Made by a program: the position numbers and the translations under genes. Below the pieces are notes generated by a model. It had not been told where the DNA came from, did no database searches, and saw nothing but the letters and a program-made list of their open reading frames with translations. Positions 47,641-57,844 of a stretch of DNA of 64,000 bases are shown piece by piece (position 1 is the first letter of the stretch; the number at the start of each line of letters is the position of its first letter). This DNA is from Phycisphaerales bacterium (lineage in GTDB: Bacteria; Planctomycetota; Phycisphaerae; UBA1845). The stretch lies in contig CP070691.1 of assembly GCA_020353195.1 (NCBI GenBank), forward strand, positions 3,498,362-3,562,361, given 5' to 3'.

Positions 47641-49176
47641 TCAGCGCTGATCAGCTTCAAGCTCCTCGTACCCGTGCTGACGCGTCCACCACTCCTCGAG
47701 GAACTCGAGATCGTATCGTTCCACCTCGCGACGGACCATCGCCATCAGGTCACCGACCTCGAATGTTTCATCCGGCTGCCCGATCAAGCCCAGTTCACGC
47801 CCCGCCACCTTGATGGTCAGGATCGTCCGCCCGTTGGCGCCGTGGGTGCCGCGGACCGTCAGTTGATCGCCGGACAACAGGAACTTGGCTCCGAGCCGCG
47901 CGTACTCGACGCGATCGGGCAGAACGGGCGACGCGTCGATACCGAACATCTGCTCGAGGGCGTAGCGAATCAGCTCCTTGTCTATGGTCCCCGGCCCGTC
48001 GGCCGGCGGGATGGCGATGAAGTCCACGTCGGCGCTGCGGAGCTTGTCGTCGACGACCAGAAGCGAGTGGATGCGGAGGCTCAGCTGACCGGTGATCTCT
48101 CCGTAGCCCAGGGCGCGGGTGACCGCGTCAAGCGACAGGTCGTCAGCCTGACCCGACCCGCTAAACCGTGTCACGTGCCCGTCCTCGTACTTGAACTGCC
48201 CAACGTCCAGAGACAGCCTCCCCTGAAGCTCCGGCGCGTTGAGCATGGGAATGACGTCGCCGATCCGCACGCCGTCGAGCCGGCCTCGAAAACTGAGCGA
48301 CTGCAGCCGGCGCCCCACAAATGACGCCTCATCGAGTGCCACAGAAACGACACCACTGAACGGACCGCCGATCACCCGCCGGGTCAGCTCCTCCAGGGCA
48401 CCGTCCGCAACGTACCCGCTGACGTTCAGCCGTTGCTGCTGCTCGCCTTCGCGATACACGATGCGCCCCGCGAACGTCCCCGCCGACACGGCGCCGCCGA
48501 GCAACCTCTCCAGTCCCAGGGCGTTGAGAGGGATGCGAGGCACCTCGAGCACGACTTCGTCAAAGCGCAGCCCCGCGCCGGGGAAGAACTGGGCGTGGAT
48601 ATGAATGGGCTCGGTCGTGGCATAATCGTTCAGCCGACGCGAGTCGAGAGCAGCCCGGCCCCGGCCGTCACCGTCAAAGAGAATGACACCGGCCGCATCC
48701 TTGGCGGACAAATGAAAATCCACGTGGTCCCAGCGGAAGTCGATGTCGTCAAGATGGACTTCGGTCAGCCGCAGGGCGGCGAAATCGTGGCCCAGCCCCG
48801 ACCGGAGAATCGAGTCGTAGTCGGCACGGCTCCAGCCGCCGGTGCCCACTAGCAGCCACCCGTTATGAATCTCCAGGGCGTGGTCGGTCCCCGACCCTCG
48901 ACGGATCTCCCGCCAGACCGCACGCTCGCAGGCGAACACCTGCAACCGCTGCCTCGGCAGCCAGGTGCGGATGTCGTGAAACTGGCTGCTGCAAAACGAC
49001 AGCGGCGTGATCCGCCCGATCTCGACAGGCATGTTCAGGACCGCCGAAAGGTCGTCCTGCGCGGCTCGCCGATACGCGCCACTTCGCAGGTGCAGCCCGT
49101 ACCCGATGGTGCCCCACAAGGACCCCACCACCAACGATACAGCCAGTACCAGCAATACGATCCGGTGTCGGAGCAT
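47641..49176 (-). CDS. N-terminally anchored protein of unknown function (possibly AsmA-like)
   Basis: Single N-terminal TM (IVLLVLAVSLVVGSLWG) followed by about 480 aa that look beta-rich and repetitive. The AsmA-like call is only an impression from architecture. Confidence 0.5.
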   Translation of the reverse strand: MLRHRIVLLVLAVSLVVGSLWGTIGYGLHLRSGAYRRAAQDDLSAVLNMPVEIGRITPLSFCSSQFHDIRTWLPRQRLQVFACERAVWREIRRGSGTDHALEIHNGWLLVGTGGWSRADYDSILRSGLGHDFAALRLTEVHLDDIDFRWDHVDFHLSAKDAAGVILFDGDGRGRAALDSRRLNDYATTEPIHIHAQFFPGAGLRFDEVVLEVPRIPLNALGLERLLGGAVSAGTFAGRIVYREGEQQQRLNVSGYVADGALEELTRRVIGGPFSGVVSVALDEASFVGRRLQSLSFRGRLDGVRIGDVIPMLNAPELQGRLSLDVGQFKYEDGHVTRFSGSGQADDLSLDAVTRALGYGEITGQLSLRIHSLLVVDDKLRSADVDFIAIPPADGPGTIDKELIRYALEQMFGIDASPVLPDRVEYARLGAKFLLSGDQLTVRGTHGANGRTILTIKVAGRELGLIGQPDETFEVGDLMAMVRREVERYDLEFLEEWWTRQHGYEELEADQR

Positions 49177-49427
49177 GGTACAATCAGCCGCGGATGCTCA
49201 GTGACCAATGGCGAAACGGCGGCGGTCAGCCGCGGCTCGTTGCCCGCCATCGACGACCGAGAACTCACCTTTCAATCAGTCTCCGGCTTTGCAGCCATGG
49301 CGTCGCGCTGCCGCCTGCACGGGCAAGCTCCGGTCCCCACCCTCGCAGACCTCTCCCGTCGGGATAAGCGCTCTGCCCGGGGTCTTGTGCCGACCGCGTC
49401 GCTAGCCCACACCGCCCACGAACCATG

Positions 49428-50609
49428 TTACACGCGATCATCCCCCAGACTGCGGGCGGCGCTCAGATAATGGTCGTAGGCCGCGCGAACTTCGCCCAGC
49501 GTGTCACCGCCGAACTTGTCCATGAACGCCCGCGCAATCTCGAACGCCACCACGTTCTCCGCCACGACACTGGCGGCCGGCACCGCACAGATGTCGCTCC
49601 GCTCATAGTCTGCCCGGGCCGACTGCTTGCTGATCAGGTCGACGCTGTCCCGCCCCTGCAGAAGCGTGCTGATCGGTTTCATGGCCCCGCGGATGATGAT
49701 CGGCTGCCCGCTGGACATGCCGCCCTCGAGGCCACCGGCGTGATTCGACCGCCGCGTGAACCCCAGGCAGCCCGTGCCCCGCATTGACGGGGCGTAGTCG
49801 ATCTCGTCGTGCACCCGGCTGCCCCGCCCCCGGGCCGCCTCGAACCCCAGCCCGATCTCGACACCTTTGAAAGCCTGGATCGACCCGACGGCCTGCATCA
49901 ACCGCCCGTCGAGCTTGTCCTGCCAACGGGCGCAACTGCCCACACCGGGGCACAGCCCGTGCACCTGCACCTCTACCGTACCGCCCAACGTGTCGCGATC
50001 GCGATTCGCCTGTTGGATGGCGTCGATCATCGGCTCCACCGCGGCCGGATCGACACAGTAGACGTCGTTGGCGTCACGCGCCGCCCGAAGCGACTGCGGA
50101 GTCGCCTCCGGATCGACCGTCCCCTCCACGGCGCCGATGCGCCGCACGAAGCCGACGATCTCGATCCCGAACCCGTCGAGCAGGCACCGCACCAACGCCC
50201 CCGCCGCCACCCGGGCAGCCGTCTCCCGGGCTGAGGCGCGCTCCAGAGTCGTCCGGCAATCGGTGGTCAACCATTTCAGGCTGCCCGCCAGGTCGGCGTG
50301 CCCCGGACGCGGGCAGCGGATCTCCGGTGCCTGATCGATGCGAAAGTCCTTGTTGGCGATATGAATCGCGATCGGCGAGCCGATGGTCGTATTCTGCCGC
50401 ACGCCGGACAGCAGGGTCACCTCGTCCTTCTCGATCTTCTGGCGCCCGCCCCGCCCGTACCCGCCTTGGCGCCGCCGCATCTCGGCGTTGATTCGATCCA
50501 CGTCGATCGGCACGTCAGCCGGCATCCCTTCGACCAGGGCGATGAGCGCCCGCCCGTGCGATTCTCCGGCAGTTCGATAGTCCAGCTTGGACATGGCGTC
50601 TGTCATCAT
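49428..50609 (-). CDS. aroC: Chorismate synthase
   Basis: Contains YRTAGESHG, RRQGGYGRGGRQKIE and RPGHADL, and is fully colinear with AroC. The start is ambiguous among three nearby ATGs (50609, 50606, 50594). Confidence 0.92.
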   Translation of the reverse strand: MMTDAMSKLDYRTAGESHGRALIALVEGMPADVPIDVDRINAEMRRRQGGYGRGGRQKIEKDEVTLLSGVRQNTTIGSPIAIHIANKDFRIDQAPEIRCPRPGHADLAGSLKWLTTDCRTTLERASARETAARVAAGALVRCLLDGFGIEIVGFVRRIGAVEGTVDPEATPQSLRAARDANDVYCVDPAAVEPMIDAIQQANRDRDTLGGTVEVQVHGLCPGVGSCARWQDKLDGRLMQAVGSIQAFKGVEIGLGFEAARGRGSRVHDEIDYAPSMRGTGCLGFTRRSNHAGGLEGGMSSGQPIIIRGAMKPISTLLQGRDSVDLISKQSARADYERSDICAVPAASVVAENVVAFEIARAFMDKFGGDTLGEVRAAYDHYLSAARSLGDDRV

Positions 50610-50897
50610 ACGCAACCGGGTCCCAGATGCCAAACCCGGAACGTCGCCACGGGACCGCGATGCCTGACGCGCGGCCAAGCCTCACGCGTGCAAGCGACCG
50701 CGCAGCCGTTCGTGCGGCGACGAACTCCCGGCTCCTTTGCCCACCGAAAGCCGCTGCCCCCCCGGAGCCGGCCTTGCGATCCGCTCCACGTGCCAGTAAG
50801 GTGGCTCAACTGCGGGCTCGGGCGGGGCTTTCACAGGTGCCGCGCCGATCTGATGAAAACCGTTCCGCAGGGTTCCCTTGAGAAAGCGGGGTAGGCC

Positions 50898-51839
50898 ATG
50901 CCGGATCTTCACATCCGCACGTTCTCTGGCACGGACTTGCCGCCCGTCGTAGCTCTTTGGAATCGGGCCCTGACGCGGGACCCGATCAACACGGGTCGTT
51001 TCGTGGCCTGGCTCTTTGGCGATCCCGACTACCGGCCCGAGGCGGATTCCGGTTTCTTCGTGGCGGTCGGTGGTGGCGAGCTGCTGGGTTTCCTTCGGGC
51101 GATCGTGAGACACTGGCCTAACGACCGCCTGGGCCTGGAGCCGGACGACGGCTGGATTGCGGTGATGGCCGTGGATCCCGCCCACCAGAAAGCCCGCATC
51201 GGTACGGCGCTGCTCGACGCGGGCCTGGCATACCTTCGAAACGCCGGCCGACGGCGCGTCTGGGTGTGCGGGAACACGGGCTCGGCCCCCGGCTACATCT
51301 TCCCCGGGGTCGACAAGGACGCCTATCCGGGCGCGATGGCCCTCTTGAAAAAGTCCGGCTTCGTCGTCGATCACGAACCCGTGGCCATGGCGCGTGAGGT
51401 CGTCGACTTTGACGTGAACGAGTTCCGCCGGCGGGCCTGGGCGACGGGGGCGGATGTTGAGGTGTCCGCCCTCACGCCGGATCGGGTCCAGGATTTCCTG
51501 GTGTTCATGGCCGATGCGTTCCCCGGGGATTGGAACATCGCCGCCAGAGCGAAGATAAAAGGCGGACCTCTCGACGAAGTGCTGATCGCGACATTGGCGG
51601 GCCGGATCGTCGGGTACTGCCAGTGGGAGGGCGAACACTTCGGCCCCTTTGGCGTCGCCGCCGAGGCGCGCAACCGACGCATCGGCGCGAAGCTCTTCAC
51701 TGAAGCGGTCCGGCGTATCCGCGAGGCCGACGGGCGTACGGTGTGGTTCAACTGGGCGGACGAGGACGCCGCCCGCTTCTACCGCTCCTTCGGACTCCAC
51801 GACACCCGGCGCTTCGCGATCATGCGGAAGGATCTCTAG
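50898..51839 (+). CDS. Tandem double-GNAT N-acetyltransferase (MshD-like architecture)
   Basis: Two acetyl-CoA motif-A-like segments (VDPAHQKARIGTALL and AAEARNRRIGAKLF) in a protein of about 313 aa. Confidence 0.75.
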   Translation: MPDLHIRTFSGTDLPPVVALWNRALTRDPINTGRFVAWLFGDPDYRPEADSGFFVAVGGGELLGFLRAIVRHWPNDRLGLEPDDGWIAVMAVDPAHQKARIGTALLDAGLAYLRNAGRRRVWVCGNTGSAPGYIFPGVDKDAYPGAMALLKKSGFVVDHEPVAMAREVVDFDVNEFRRRAWATGADVEVSALTPDRVQDFLVFMADAFPGDWNIAARAKIKGGPLDEVLIATLAGRIVGYCQWEGEHFGPFGVAAEARNRRIGAKLFTEAVRRIREADGRTVWFNWADEDAARFYRSFGLHDTRRFAIMRKDL

Positions 51840-51881
51840 TCGACCGGACCGCGGAGTCCGGGGCGACCCCGGAGAGAAACC

Positions 51882-52613
51882 TTGAGCACTGACAAGAAAC
51901 ACATCCTCGTGATCGGCGCACACGTCGGAGACGCAGAGATTACGGCCGGACTGCTGTTGGCCAAATATGCCGAGGCCGGACACCGGGCCACCGTGCTGCA
52001 TCTGACCGCCGGCGAGAAGGGCAACCCGGCCATGGACGCCGCCGAGTACCGCCAGCAGCGCGTGAAGGAGGCACAGGCGGCCGCAAGAAGACTCGGTGCC
52101 GAGGATTGCATCATCCTCGATCATCCCGATGGAGAGCTACACGCCGACGAAACGACGTTCCACGAGATGTGCGACCTGGTGCGCCAGCTCCGACCCGACA
52201 TCGTGCTGACGCACTGGCGCGGCTCATTCCACCGGGATCATCGGGCGGCGTACGCGATCACGATGGAGGGCTGCTTCATCGCCGCCCTGCCGGGCATCCA
52301 GCGGCCGCAGCCGGCGCATCTTGTCCGTGGGCTCTACTACGTCGAGAACTGGGAGGACATGGAAGACTATCACCCCGACCTGTGGGTCGACACCACCGAT
52401 GTCTTTGACGTGTGGACCGAAGCCTGCCGTGAGCATCAGCTGCTGCGCGGCGAGATCTCGTTCGACTACCTCCATTTCTACACGGGCCTTGCCGCCAAGC
52501 GGGGGGCCGAAGTGGGCGTCAAATACGCCGTGACGGTCAGCCTTCCACCGATTTCGCGCAAGCGCAAAGTCGATTTCCTGCCAACCGATACCGAGCCCGT
52601 GCTGATTTTCTGA
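51882..52613 (+). CDS. PIG-L/LmbE family deacetylase
   Basis: ILVIGAHVGDAEI is a variant of the AHPDDE motif. It also has HWRGSFHRDH (HxDH) and a typical LmbE length. TTG start. Confidence 0.75.
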   Translation: MSTDKKHILVIGAHVGDAEITAGLLLAKYAEAGHRATVLHLTAGEKGNPAMDAAEYRQQRVKEAQAAARRLGAEDCIILDHPDGELHADETTFHEMCDLVRQLRPDIVLTHWRGSFHRDHRAAYAITMEGCFIAALPGIQRPQPAHLVRGLYYVENWEDMEDYHPDLWVDTTDVFDVWTEACREHQLLRGEISFDYLHFYTGLAAKRGAEVGVKYAVTVSLPPISRKRKVDFLPTDTEPVLIF

Positions 52614-52660
52614 TCCCGTTTGCGCGACGGGAGCCCGGCGCCGATTGGAATCCGGGCAAC

Positions 52661-53530
52661 CTACAACCGATGCTCGCCTGCCTGCTTCAGCATCTCGTCA
52701 ACCCGCACGTACCGGTAACCGCGGCGCGCAAGCTCGTCGATCAGCGTCCCGAGAAGCAGGTACGTCTTGTCCTCGCGGAGCGATCCCAGATGCAGAAGGA
52801 GCAGAAAGCCGTTCAGACCGTGCGGGTCTTTGCGGTCGTATGCGAGGATGTCCGACAAAATGCGCCGGGATGACACGAAACCGGCGTGCCCTTCGGGTAT
52901 CCAGTCACGGTTGGACCCGCTGCCCGGCGTGAAGTTGAAGAGCACGATCCCCATGTCTCTCGCCCATCGAACTTGCGCCTCGTTGAACCACTCGTAGGGT
53001 GGAATGAAGTAAGTGGGCCCCGTGCCGTCAAGAGCCCCGAAGCCTCTCAACGCTTCGATGTTCTTCTGTAAGTCGCTCCGGAAGAAGCTCTCGGTCACCA
53101 GAGTACGCGACCGATCCTCCCATGAACAATACAGCGGGTGCGAGTCGGAATGCGGTCCCAGATAGTGCCCCTCGGCCACCATTCGGCGAAGGAACGGATG
53201 GTGCTCCTCGTTCGCCACGTAATGTCCGGTCACGAAAAACGAAGCCTTGATCCCCGCCCGCTTCAACGTATCCAGAATGTGCTCACTGCCGTCGCCGTGC
53301 TCCCCGCCCGTGAAGATCAGTGCAATTCTCTTCTCTGCGACATCCCCTCGAACAACCGCTCCCTGGTCGAGCGTCCACGGGCACGGTGGCCGGACACCGG
53401 CTGGGCGCCCGAGCCGGTTCGACACGCACCCCGTCAACAGCGCGATTGCGCACATGACAAGCGAAAGCGCCACCGCGGTCGCTCTTGTGAAACGTCGCGT
53501 CCAGCCTCGCCGATCCGTCTGCCTGTCCAT
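52661..53530 (-). CDS. Polysaccharide deacetylase (CE4/NodB-homology) lipoprotein
   Basis: Lipobox LLTGC after the internal ATG, then IALIFTGGEHGDGSEHILDTLKRAGIKASFFVTG and an HSDSH (HSxxH) motif. The first NodB motif deviates from TFDDG. Confidence 0.7.
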   Translation of the reverse strand: MDRQTDRRGWTRRFTRATAVALSLVMCAIALLTGCVSNRLGRPAGVRPPCPWTLDQGAVVRGDVAEKRIALIFTGGEHGDGSEHILDTLKRAGIKASFFVTGHYVANEEHHPFLRRMVAEGHYLGPHSDSHPLYCSWEDRSRTLVTESFFRSDLQKNIEALRGFGALDGTGPTYFIPPYEWFNEAQVRWARDMGIVLFNFTPGSGSNRDWIPEGHAGFVSSRRILSDILAYDRKDPHGLNGFLLLLHLGSLREDKTYLLLGTLIDELARRGYRYVRVDEMLKQAGEHRL

Positions 53531-53886
53531 GCTTCCACCGCCCGGACGGGACGGACCGCAGCGAGACGCGGGCCGGATGCCAACTCCAGTCCGAAACCAA
53601 CGCCCTAGAAACCCGAGCGTCTGGATCCGCCGCGTTTCCCCGTCAGGTTCGAGGTTATCCGCGGACATCATACCCGTTCGTGGCTGCTCCGCCATCGACG
53701 ATTGCCTCGCAGCGGCCGACTCGGCGACGCCCGCGCCAGTCGAGGCGTCCGCAGACCGGGCCGGCCCACAAACCCACGGGGCCTCGAACCCGGGTCGCCT
53801 CACAGAGTCCGCGGTGTCGCGTTCTGGCCCCCCCGGGGCAGGATCGGCAACGGACCAGCCCCTGAAAATACGCTCCCTCAAGGTGT

Positions 53887-53915
53887 TTGACGCCGGGCCG
53901 GAGATCTGTCATACT
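53887..53915 (+). promoter_or_regulatory. Candidate sigma70-type promoter (TTGACG-N17-CATACT) for the 54022 lipoprotein gene
   Basis: Hexamers read directly from the sequence, about 105 nt upstream of the ATG. AAGGAGG RBS at about 54008-54014. Confidence 0.3.
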
Positions 53916-54021
53916 TTCGCCCTTGTTCGGGCCGGGTGTCTATCCCAAAGCGTTGCAGTTCCGTTCTGCATGCGCGGGAATCCTAATCCGGCACTCAAAA
54001 CTCAAACTGAAGGAGGCTCTG

Positions 54022-55611
54022 ATGATGAAGACAATCGCCAGTGTATTGACTCTCGTTGCGCTCGGGCTGTTCATTGCCGCCGGGCCTGGATGTGCCACGG
54101 GCACAGGTGGTGGTGGCGGCGGCGGAGGTGGTCAGGTGCCGGACTGTACGGCCGACGCCGACTGCACCGCGGGCGAGGTCTGCCAGAATGGCGAATGCGT
54201 CGACGCGCCGGATGACAGTCCGGACGGTGATGGAGACGGTGATGTGGACGGCGACGGTGATCAGGATGGCGACGGTGATGTGGATGACGACGGCGCCGGT
54301 GATGGCGAGGCCCTCGTCAAGACTCACATCATCATGGATGACAACACCCTGATCATGGGGCCCAAGGCGGGCGACGATCTCATCGTCTGGGGCGACTCGG
54401 AGACGGTCTACTACGTCGTCCCGTCCGAAACCGACAGCGACGCTGCGGCCGGTACCGAGGTGCCCGAGGGAGCGAGGTTCGCCTGGACGCACTTCGCGAT
54501 AGCCGGCAAGAAGATCGCCCTGGTCACCAGTCTCGGCGAGGTGCGAATCTTCGACACGGCCACCGGAGAATCCCGAAGCTTCCCGGCCAGCGAAATCCTG
54601 CTGAAGAACACGCAGATGAACGATGATACACTGCCGGGCCTGACCCAAGCGTCCGGCGACTATTTCGCAACGCTCAACGACACCAGCCAGGTTGCCGACG
54701 GCAATGCCGTCAAGGTCATCAACGTGGCCGGCGCCGATCCGGACGCCTGGGAAGTGATCTCCTTCACGATTCCCGAGAGTGAGGTCACCGCAGTGGATCA
54801 GGTAGCCGTGGATGCCGACAGCGGCAGGGTCGCGGCGACGGACGACTACGGCCGTATGTGGGTGTGGAGCATCAACGACCCCGCGGCTGACCCGCAGATG
54901 ATCGACATGGGTCTGGCCACCGATCTGTGCTGTGTCAACTCCAACGTGCAGATGCAGTTCGACGGCGGGCTCATCCTCTTCCAGCAAGACCCTACCGACT
55001 TTCCCGTAGGTATCGGCACGACCCGTGCGGCCCTGCTCGACGTCGACGACGAGTCTGTCACCGTCTTCGACAACAATCCCACCGTGCCCGGCGCCACCCT
55101 CGCGATGGCAGGCGGCAGCTTCGCCTATGCCCAGGTGCGTGAGGACCTCGACATACAGAGCGGCGCGGGCACCAGCTACCGCAGCGCGATCGGCCGAGCG
55201 GCTGATGCCCCTGTCTCGACGCTGGCCAGCCAGTTCGACACCTACGATCTGCGGCCCTCGAACTTCAGCTTCGATCCCATCACGCAGGAAGAGTGCTTCG
55301 ATGACCCCAAGCTGATCGGCTACGGAACGACAAAGTGCGTCACGCCGGATGGAGGCCGGTGGTTCCTGGCCGGCCGCGGACCGATCGACGACAATCTGGA
55401 CTACCTCCAAATGAGCACTGGTGGCGAATTCGAGGATTTCGCGGATCCCGAAGGCAACACGGCATCGGGCAGCGTGATGGCCACCGATGTCACCTGCTCG
55501 CACAACATCGTGGCCTTCCGCGCGCTGCGGCAGGAGGACGACGGGTTGGGCTGCAGCACCCGAGACGAGTGGGTCGTGGGCTTCATCGTCCTCGACCGTT
55601 TGGACGATTAG
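54022..55611 (+). CDS. Lipoprotein with poly-Gly linker, small Cys-knot module, Asp/Gly repeat and a probable beta-propeller body
   Basis: AAGGAGG RBS and lipobox AAGPGC, then G9, DCTADADCTAGEVCQNGECVD and a (DG)n repeat, followed by about 480 aa of beta-rich sequence. Confidence 0.65.
   Translation: MMKTIASVLTLVALGLFIAAGPGCATGTGGGGGGGGGQVPDCTADADCTAGEVCQNGECVDAPDDSPDGDGDGDVDGDGDQDGDGDVDDDGAGDGEALVKTHIIMDDNTLIMGPKAGDDLIVWGDSETVYYVVPSETDSDAAAGTEVPEGARFAWTHFAIAGKKIALVTSLGEVRIFDTATGESRSFPASEILLKNTQMNDDTLPGLTQASGDYFATLNDTSQVADGNAVKVINVAGADPDAWEVISFTIPESEVTAVDQVAVDADSGRVAATDDYGRMWVWSINDPAADPQMIDMGLATDLCCVNSNVQMQFDGGLILFQQDPTDFPVGIGTTRAALLDVDDESVTVFDNNPTVPGATLAMAGGSFAYAQVREDLDIQSGAGTSYRSAIGRAADAPVSTLASQFDTYDLRPSNFSFDPITQEECFDDPKLIGYGTTKCVTPDGGRWFLAGRGPIDDNLDYLQMSTGGEFEDFADPEGNTASGSVMATDVTCSHNIVAFRALRQEDDGLGCSTRDEWVVGFIVLDRLDD
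54211..54306 (+). repeat. Imperfect GAC-GGN tandem repeat encoding DDSPDGDGDGDVDGDGDQDGDGDVDDDGAGDG
   Basis: Read directly from the sequence inside CDS 54022-55611. Confidence 0.8.
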
Positions 55612-55689
55612 TCGGCGTCAGTTGAAAATCGAATCTCCGCGGACAGCGCCCGGCCGAGACCAACGCAGCGGCAGGCCGGGGCGGCGTGC

Positions 55690-57066
55690 CTATCGCGACC
55701 TCGCGTAAATGTAGCGTTCGAGCGCATAGACATCGCCGTGGCGGGAGAACCGCAGGACACGAATATACTTGGCTTCGTCGGGCTTGACGCCTTCCAGCTC
55801 TAGACCCGCGGCGTCCAGATCGCGCACGCGCAAACGCCCCAACTGCACCAGCAGGTCGCCCGGGCGCACGCCCGATCGATCGGCCGGGCTGTGGCGATCC
55901 ACCGACGTCACCAGCAGCCCGCTGTTCTGGGAAATGCCCAGGCGGCGCGCGATGCCGCCGTCCAGCGGTTCCACCTTCATGCCGTAGAGCTGATACGCCA
56001 ACGCGGCCCCGTCGGGCCTGGGAATCTCACGCAGGCCCAATGTCACGGTCCGCGTGTCCTCGCCCCGCCGCGCAGCGAGCCGTATCCGGTCCCCGGGTCC
56101 CCGCCCGAGCATCGCGATGTGGAAGTCGACGGCCTCGTGGATCGGCGTATCGTCGACTTTCACCAGCACGTCACCCACTTTCAGGCCCGCCTTTTGGGCG
56201 GGACTGCCCTCACGAAGTCTGGTGATGCACGCCACCGCCGCCCCACCAACCCTCATACCCACCTCCACGCGGTACCGCTTCTCGATATCCAGCATCTCCG
56301 GCAGCACCTCGCGGAGCTGGTCCACCGGAATCGCAAACCCGATGTTCTGGGCGTCGCCGCGAATGGCGGTGTTGATCCCGATCAACTCGCCGCGGATGTT
56401 CAGCAGCGGACCGCCCGAGTTGCCCGGGTTGATGCTGGCGTCGGTCTGGATCAGATCGGGGTATACCACCTGGTCCGAGAACCTCACGTCACGATTCAAC
56501 GCACTGATGATCCCCGTCGTCACTGTATGACCTAACCCCACAGGGTTGCCAATGGCAATCGCCGTCTCGCCGATCATCAGATCGTCGCTACGCCCCCACG
56601 TGATCGGCTGCAGCGTCTGCCCAGGCTTCGGGTCGATCTTGATCACCGCCAGGTCGCGCTCGACATCGCTGGCCACAAGCTCGGCTGCGTACTCGTCACC
56701 GTTGTGGAGCGTCACGGTGTGCTCGGTTGCCCTGGCCACGACGTGGGCGTTAGTGACGATGTACCCGCCTTTGTGAATGACGAACCCGCTGCCCAGGCTC
56801 GTCGATTCCGTCGGAAACAAGAAGAGCTCGTCGAACAACCCGAATCCCAGCGGCGACCGCACCGATCGAATGAACCGGGCCGTCGACGAAATGTTCACGA
56901 TCGACTCACGCGTCGTCTCGAACACCTCCACGACCGGCGTGCGACGAGCGGCCCGATGATCATCGGGACTCTCCGGGACCCCCCTCGCCGGGGACGCCGC
57001 CCCCGTAGACAACACCGTGCCCGCGACAGCCAACATCACGATTCTCGTTCTCATCATCATCGCCAC
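55690..57066 (-). CDS. Periplasmic serine endoprotease, HtrA/DegP family, two PDZ domains
   Basis: Signal peptide and a catalytic triad context of TNAHVV, D...AVIK and GNSGGPLLN, with two PDZ-like segments in the C-terminal half. Confidence 0.92.
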   Translation of the reverse strand: MAMMMRTRIVMLAVAGTVLSTGAASPARGVPESPDDHRAARRTPVVEVFETTRESIVNISSTARFIRSVRSPLGFGLFDELFLFPTESTSLGSGFVIHKGGYIVTNAHVVARATEHTVTLHNGDEYAAELVASDVERDLAVIKIDPKPGQTLQPITWGRSDDLMIGETAIAIGNPVGLGHTVTTGIISALNRDVRFSDQVVYPDLIQTDASINPGNSGGPLLNIRGELIGINTAIRGDAQNIGFAIPVDQLREVLPEMLDIEKRYRVEVGMRVGGAAVACITRLREGSPAQKAGLKVGDVLVKVDDTPIHEAVDFHIAMLGRGPGDRIRLAARRGEDTRTVTLGLREIPRPDGAALAYQLYGMKVEPLDGGIARRLGISQNSGLLVTSVDRHSPADRSGVRPGDLLVQLGRLRVRDLDAAGLELEGVKPDEAKYIRVLRFSRHGDVYALERYIYARSR

Positions 57067-57304
57067 ATCCGATCGCGTACCTGATCCACAGAACCCCGCC
57101 GCCCCGCCGGCAAACGGCGGTTATATGCTCACCCAGGCGGGCCGGAATCGCAACCGGCACCCGCCCGCCCCCGCACGAACACCCACGGGAATGAACGACC
57201 GCGCCACCCGCAACGAGCAGGTACCACGAGGCAGAGAATCGTTGCACCGCCGATCCGACGCGCCGGCCTGTCTCGTCCGGAGCAAAGCTGCTACACTCTT
57301 TACG

Positions 57305-57769
57305 ATGCATGACGACGAGCGGTTCATGCGGGCCGCCCTTGATCAGGCGGCCAGTGCCGACGAAGCCGACGAGGTGCCCGTCGGTGCAGTGATCGTCCAC
57401 GACGGGCGGATCATCGCCCGCGGGCACAACCAGCGAGAGACTCTGCGCGACGCCACCGCCCACGCGGAAATGGTCGCCATCACCGCCGCCGGTAACCACA
57501 TCGGACACTGGCGCCTGACCGGCTGCACCCTCTATGTCACACTCGAACCCTGCCCCATGTGCGCAGGCGCTATTGTGCTGGCCCGCCTGGACCGCCTGGT
57601 GTTCGGCGCCGAAGATCCCAAGGGCGGTGCCTGCGGATCGCTCTACACCATCACGAACGACCCCCGCAGCAACCACCAGGTCCCGGTGACCCAAGGCGTT
57701 CTCGAAGACCAGTGCGCAGCCCTTCTGCAGCAGTTCTTCGCTCGCCAGCGGGCGCTCGGGAAGAAGTGA
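57305..57769 (+). CDS. tadA: tRNA-specific adenosine deaminase
   Basis: HAEMVAI and PCPMCAGA zinc-binding motifs, about 154 aa starting at the internal ATG ([15 protein letters not shown]). Confidence 0.9.
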   Translation: MHDDERFMRAALDQAASADEADEVPVGAVIVHDGRIIARGHNQRETLRDATAHAEMVAITAAGNHIGHWRLTGCTLYVTLEPCPMCAGAIVLARLDRLVFGAEDPKGGACGSLYTITNDPRSNHQVPVTQGVLEDQCAALLQQFFARQRALGKK

Positions 57770-57844
57770 GGCGCTTCCGGCGGACCACAGGACCGATGCC
57801 ATTCGCGCCCGCGCGGACGGTCATCTGACAACTGATGCACCGTA

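Noticed and set aside
53247-54215. 322-aa plus-strand ORF spanning the CE4 gene's 5' end and the divergent intergenic region.
   Set aside because: It overlaps the well-supported deacetylase on the other strand and the promoter/RBS of the lipoprotein gene. Its composition is Arg/Pro/Ser-rich with no motifs.
55647-55683. GC-rich imperfect hairpin (CGCCCGGCC ... GGCCGGGGCG) between the convergent lipoprotein and htrA genes, considered as a bidirectional terminator.
   Set aside because: The stem has a bulge and neither side is followed by a T-tract, so an intrinsic terminator call is not supported.
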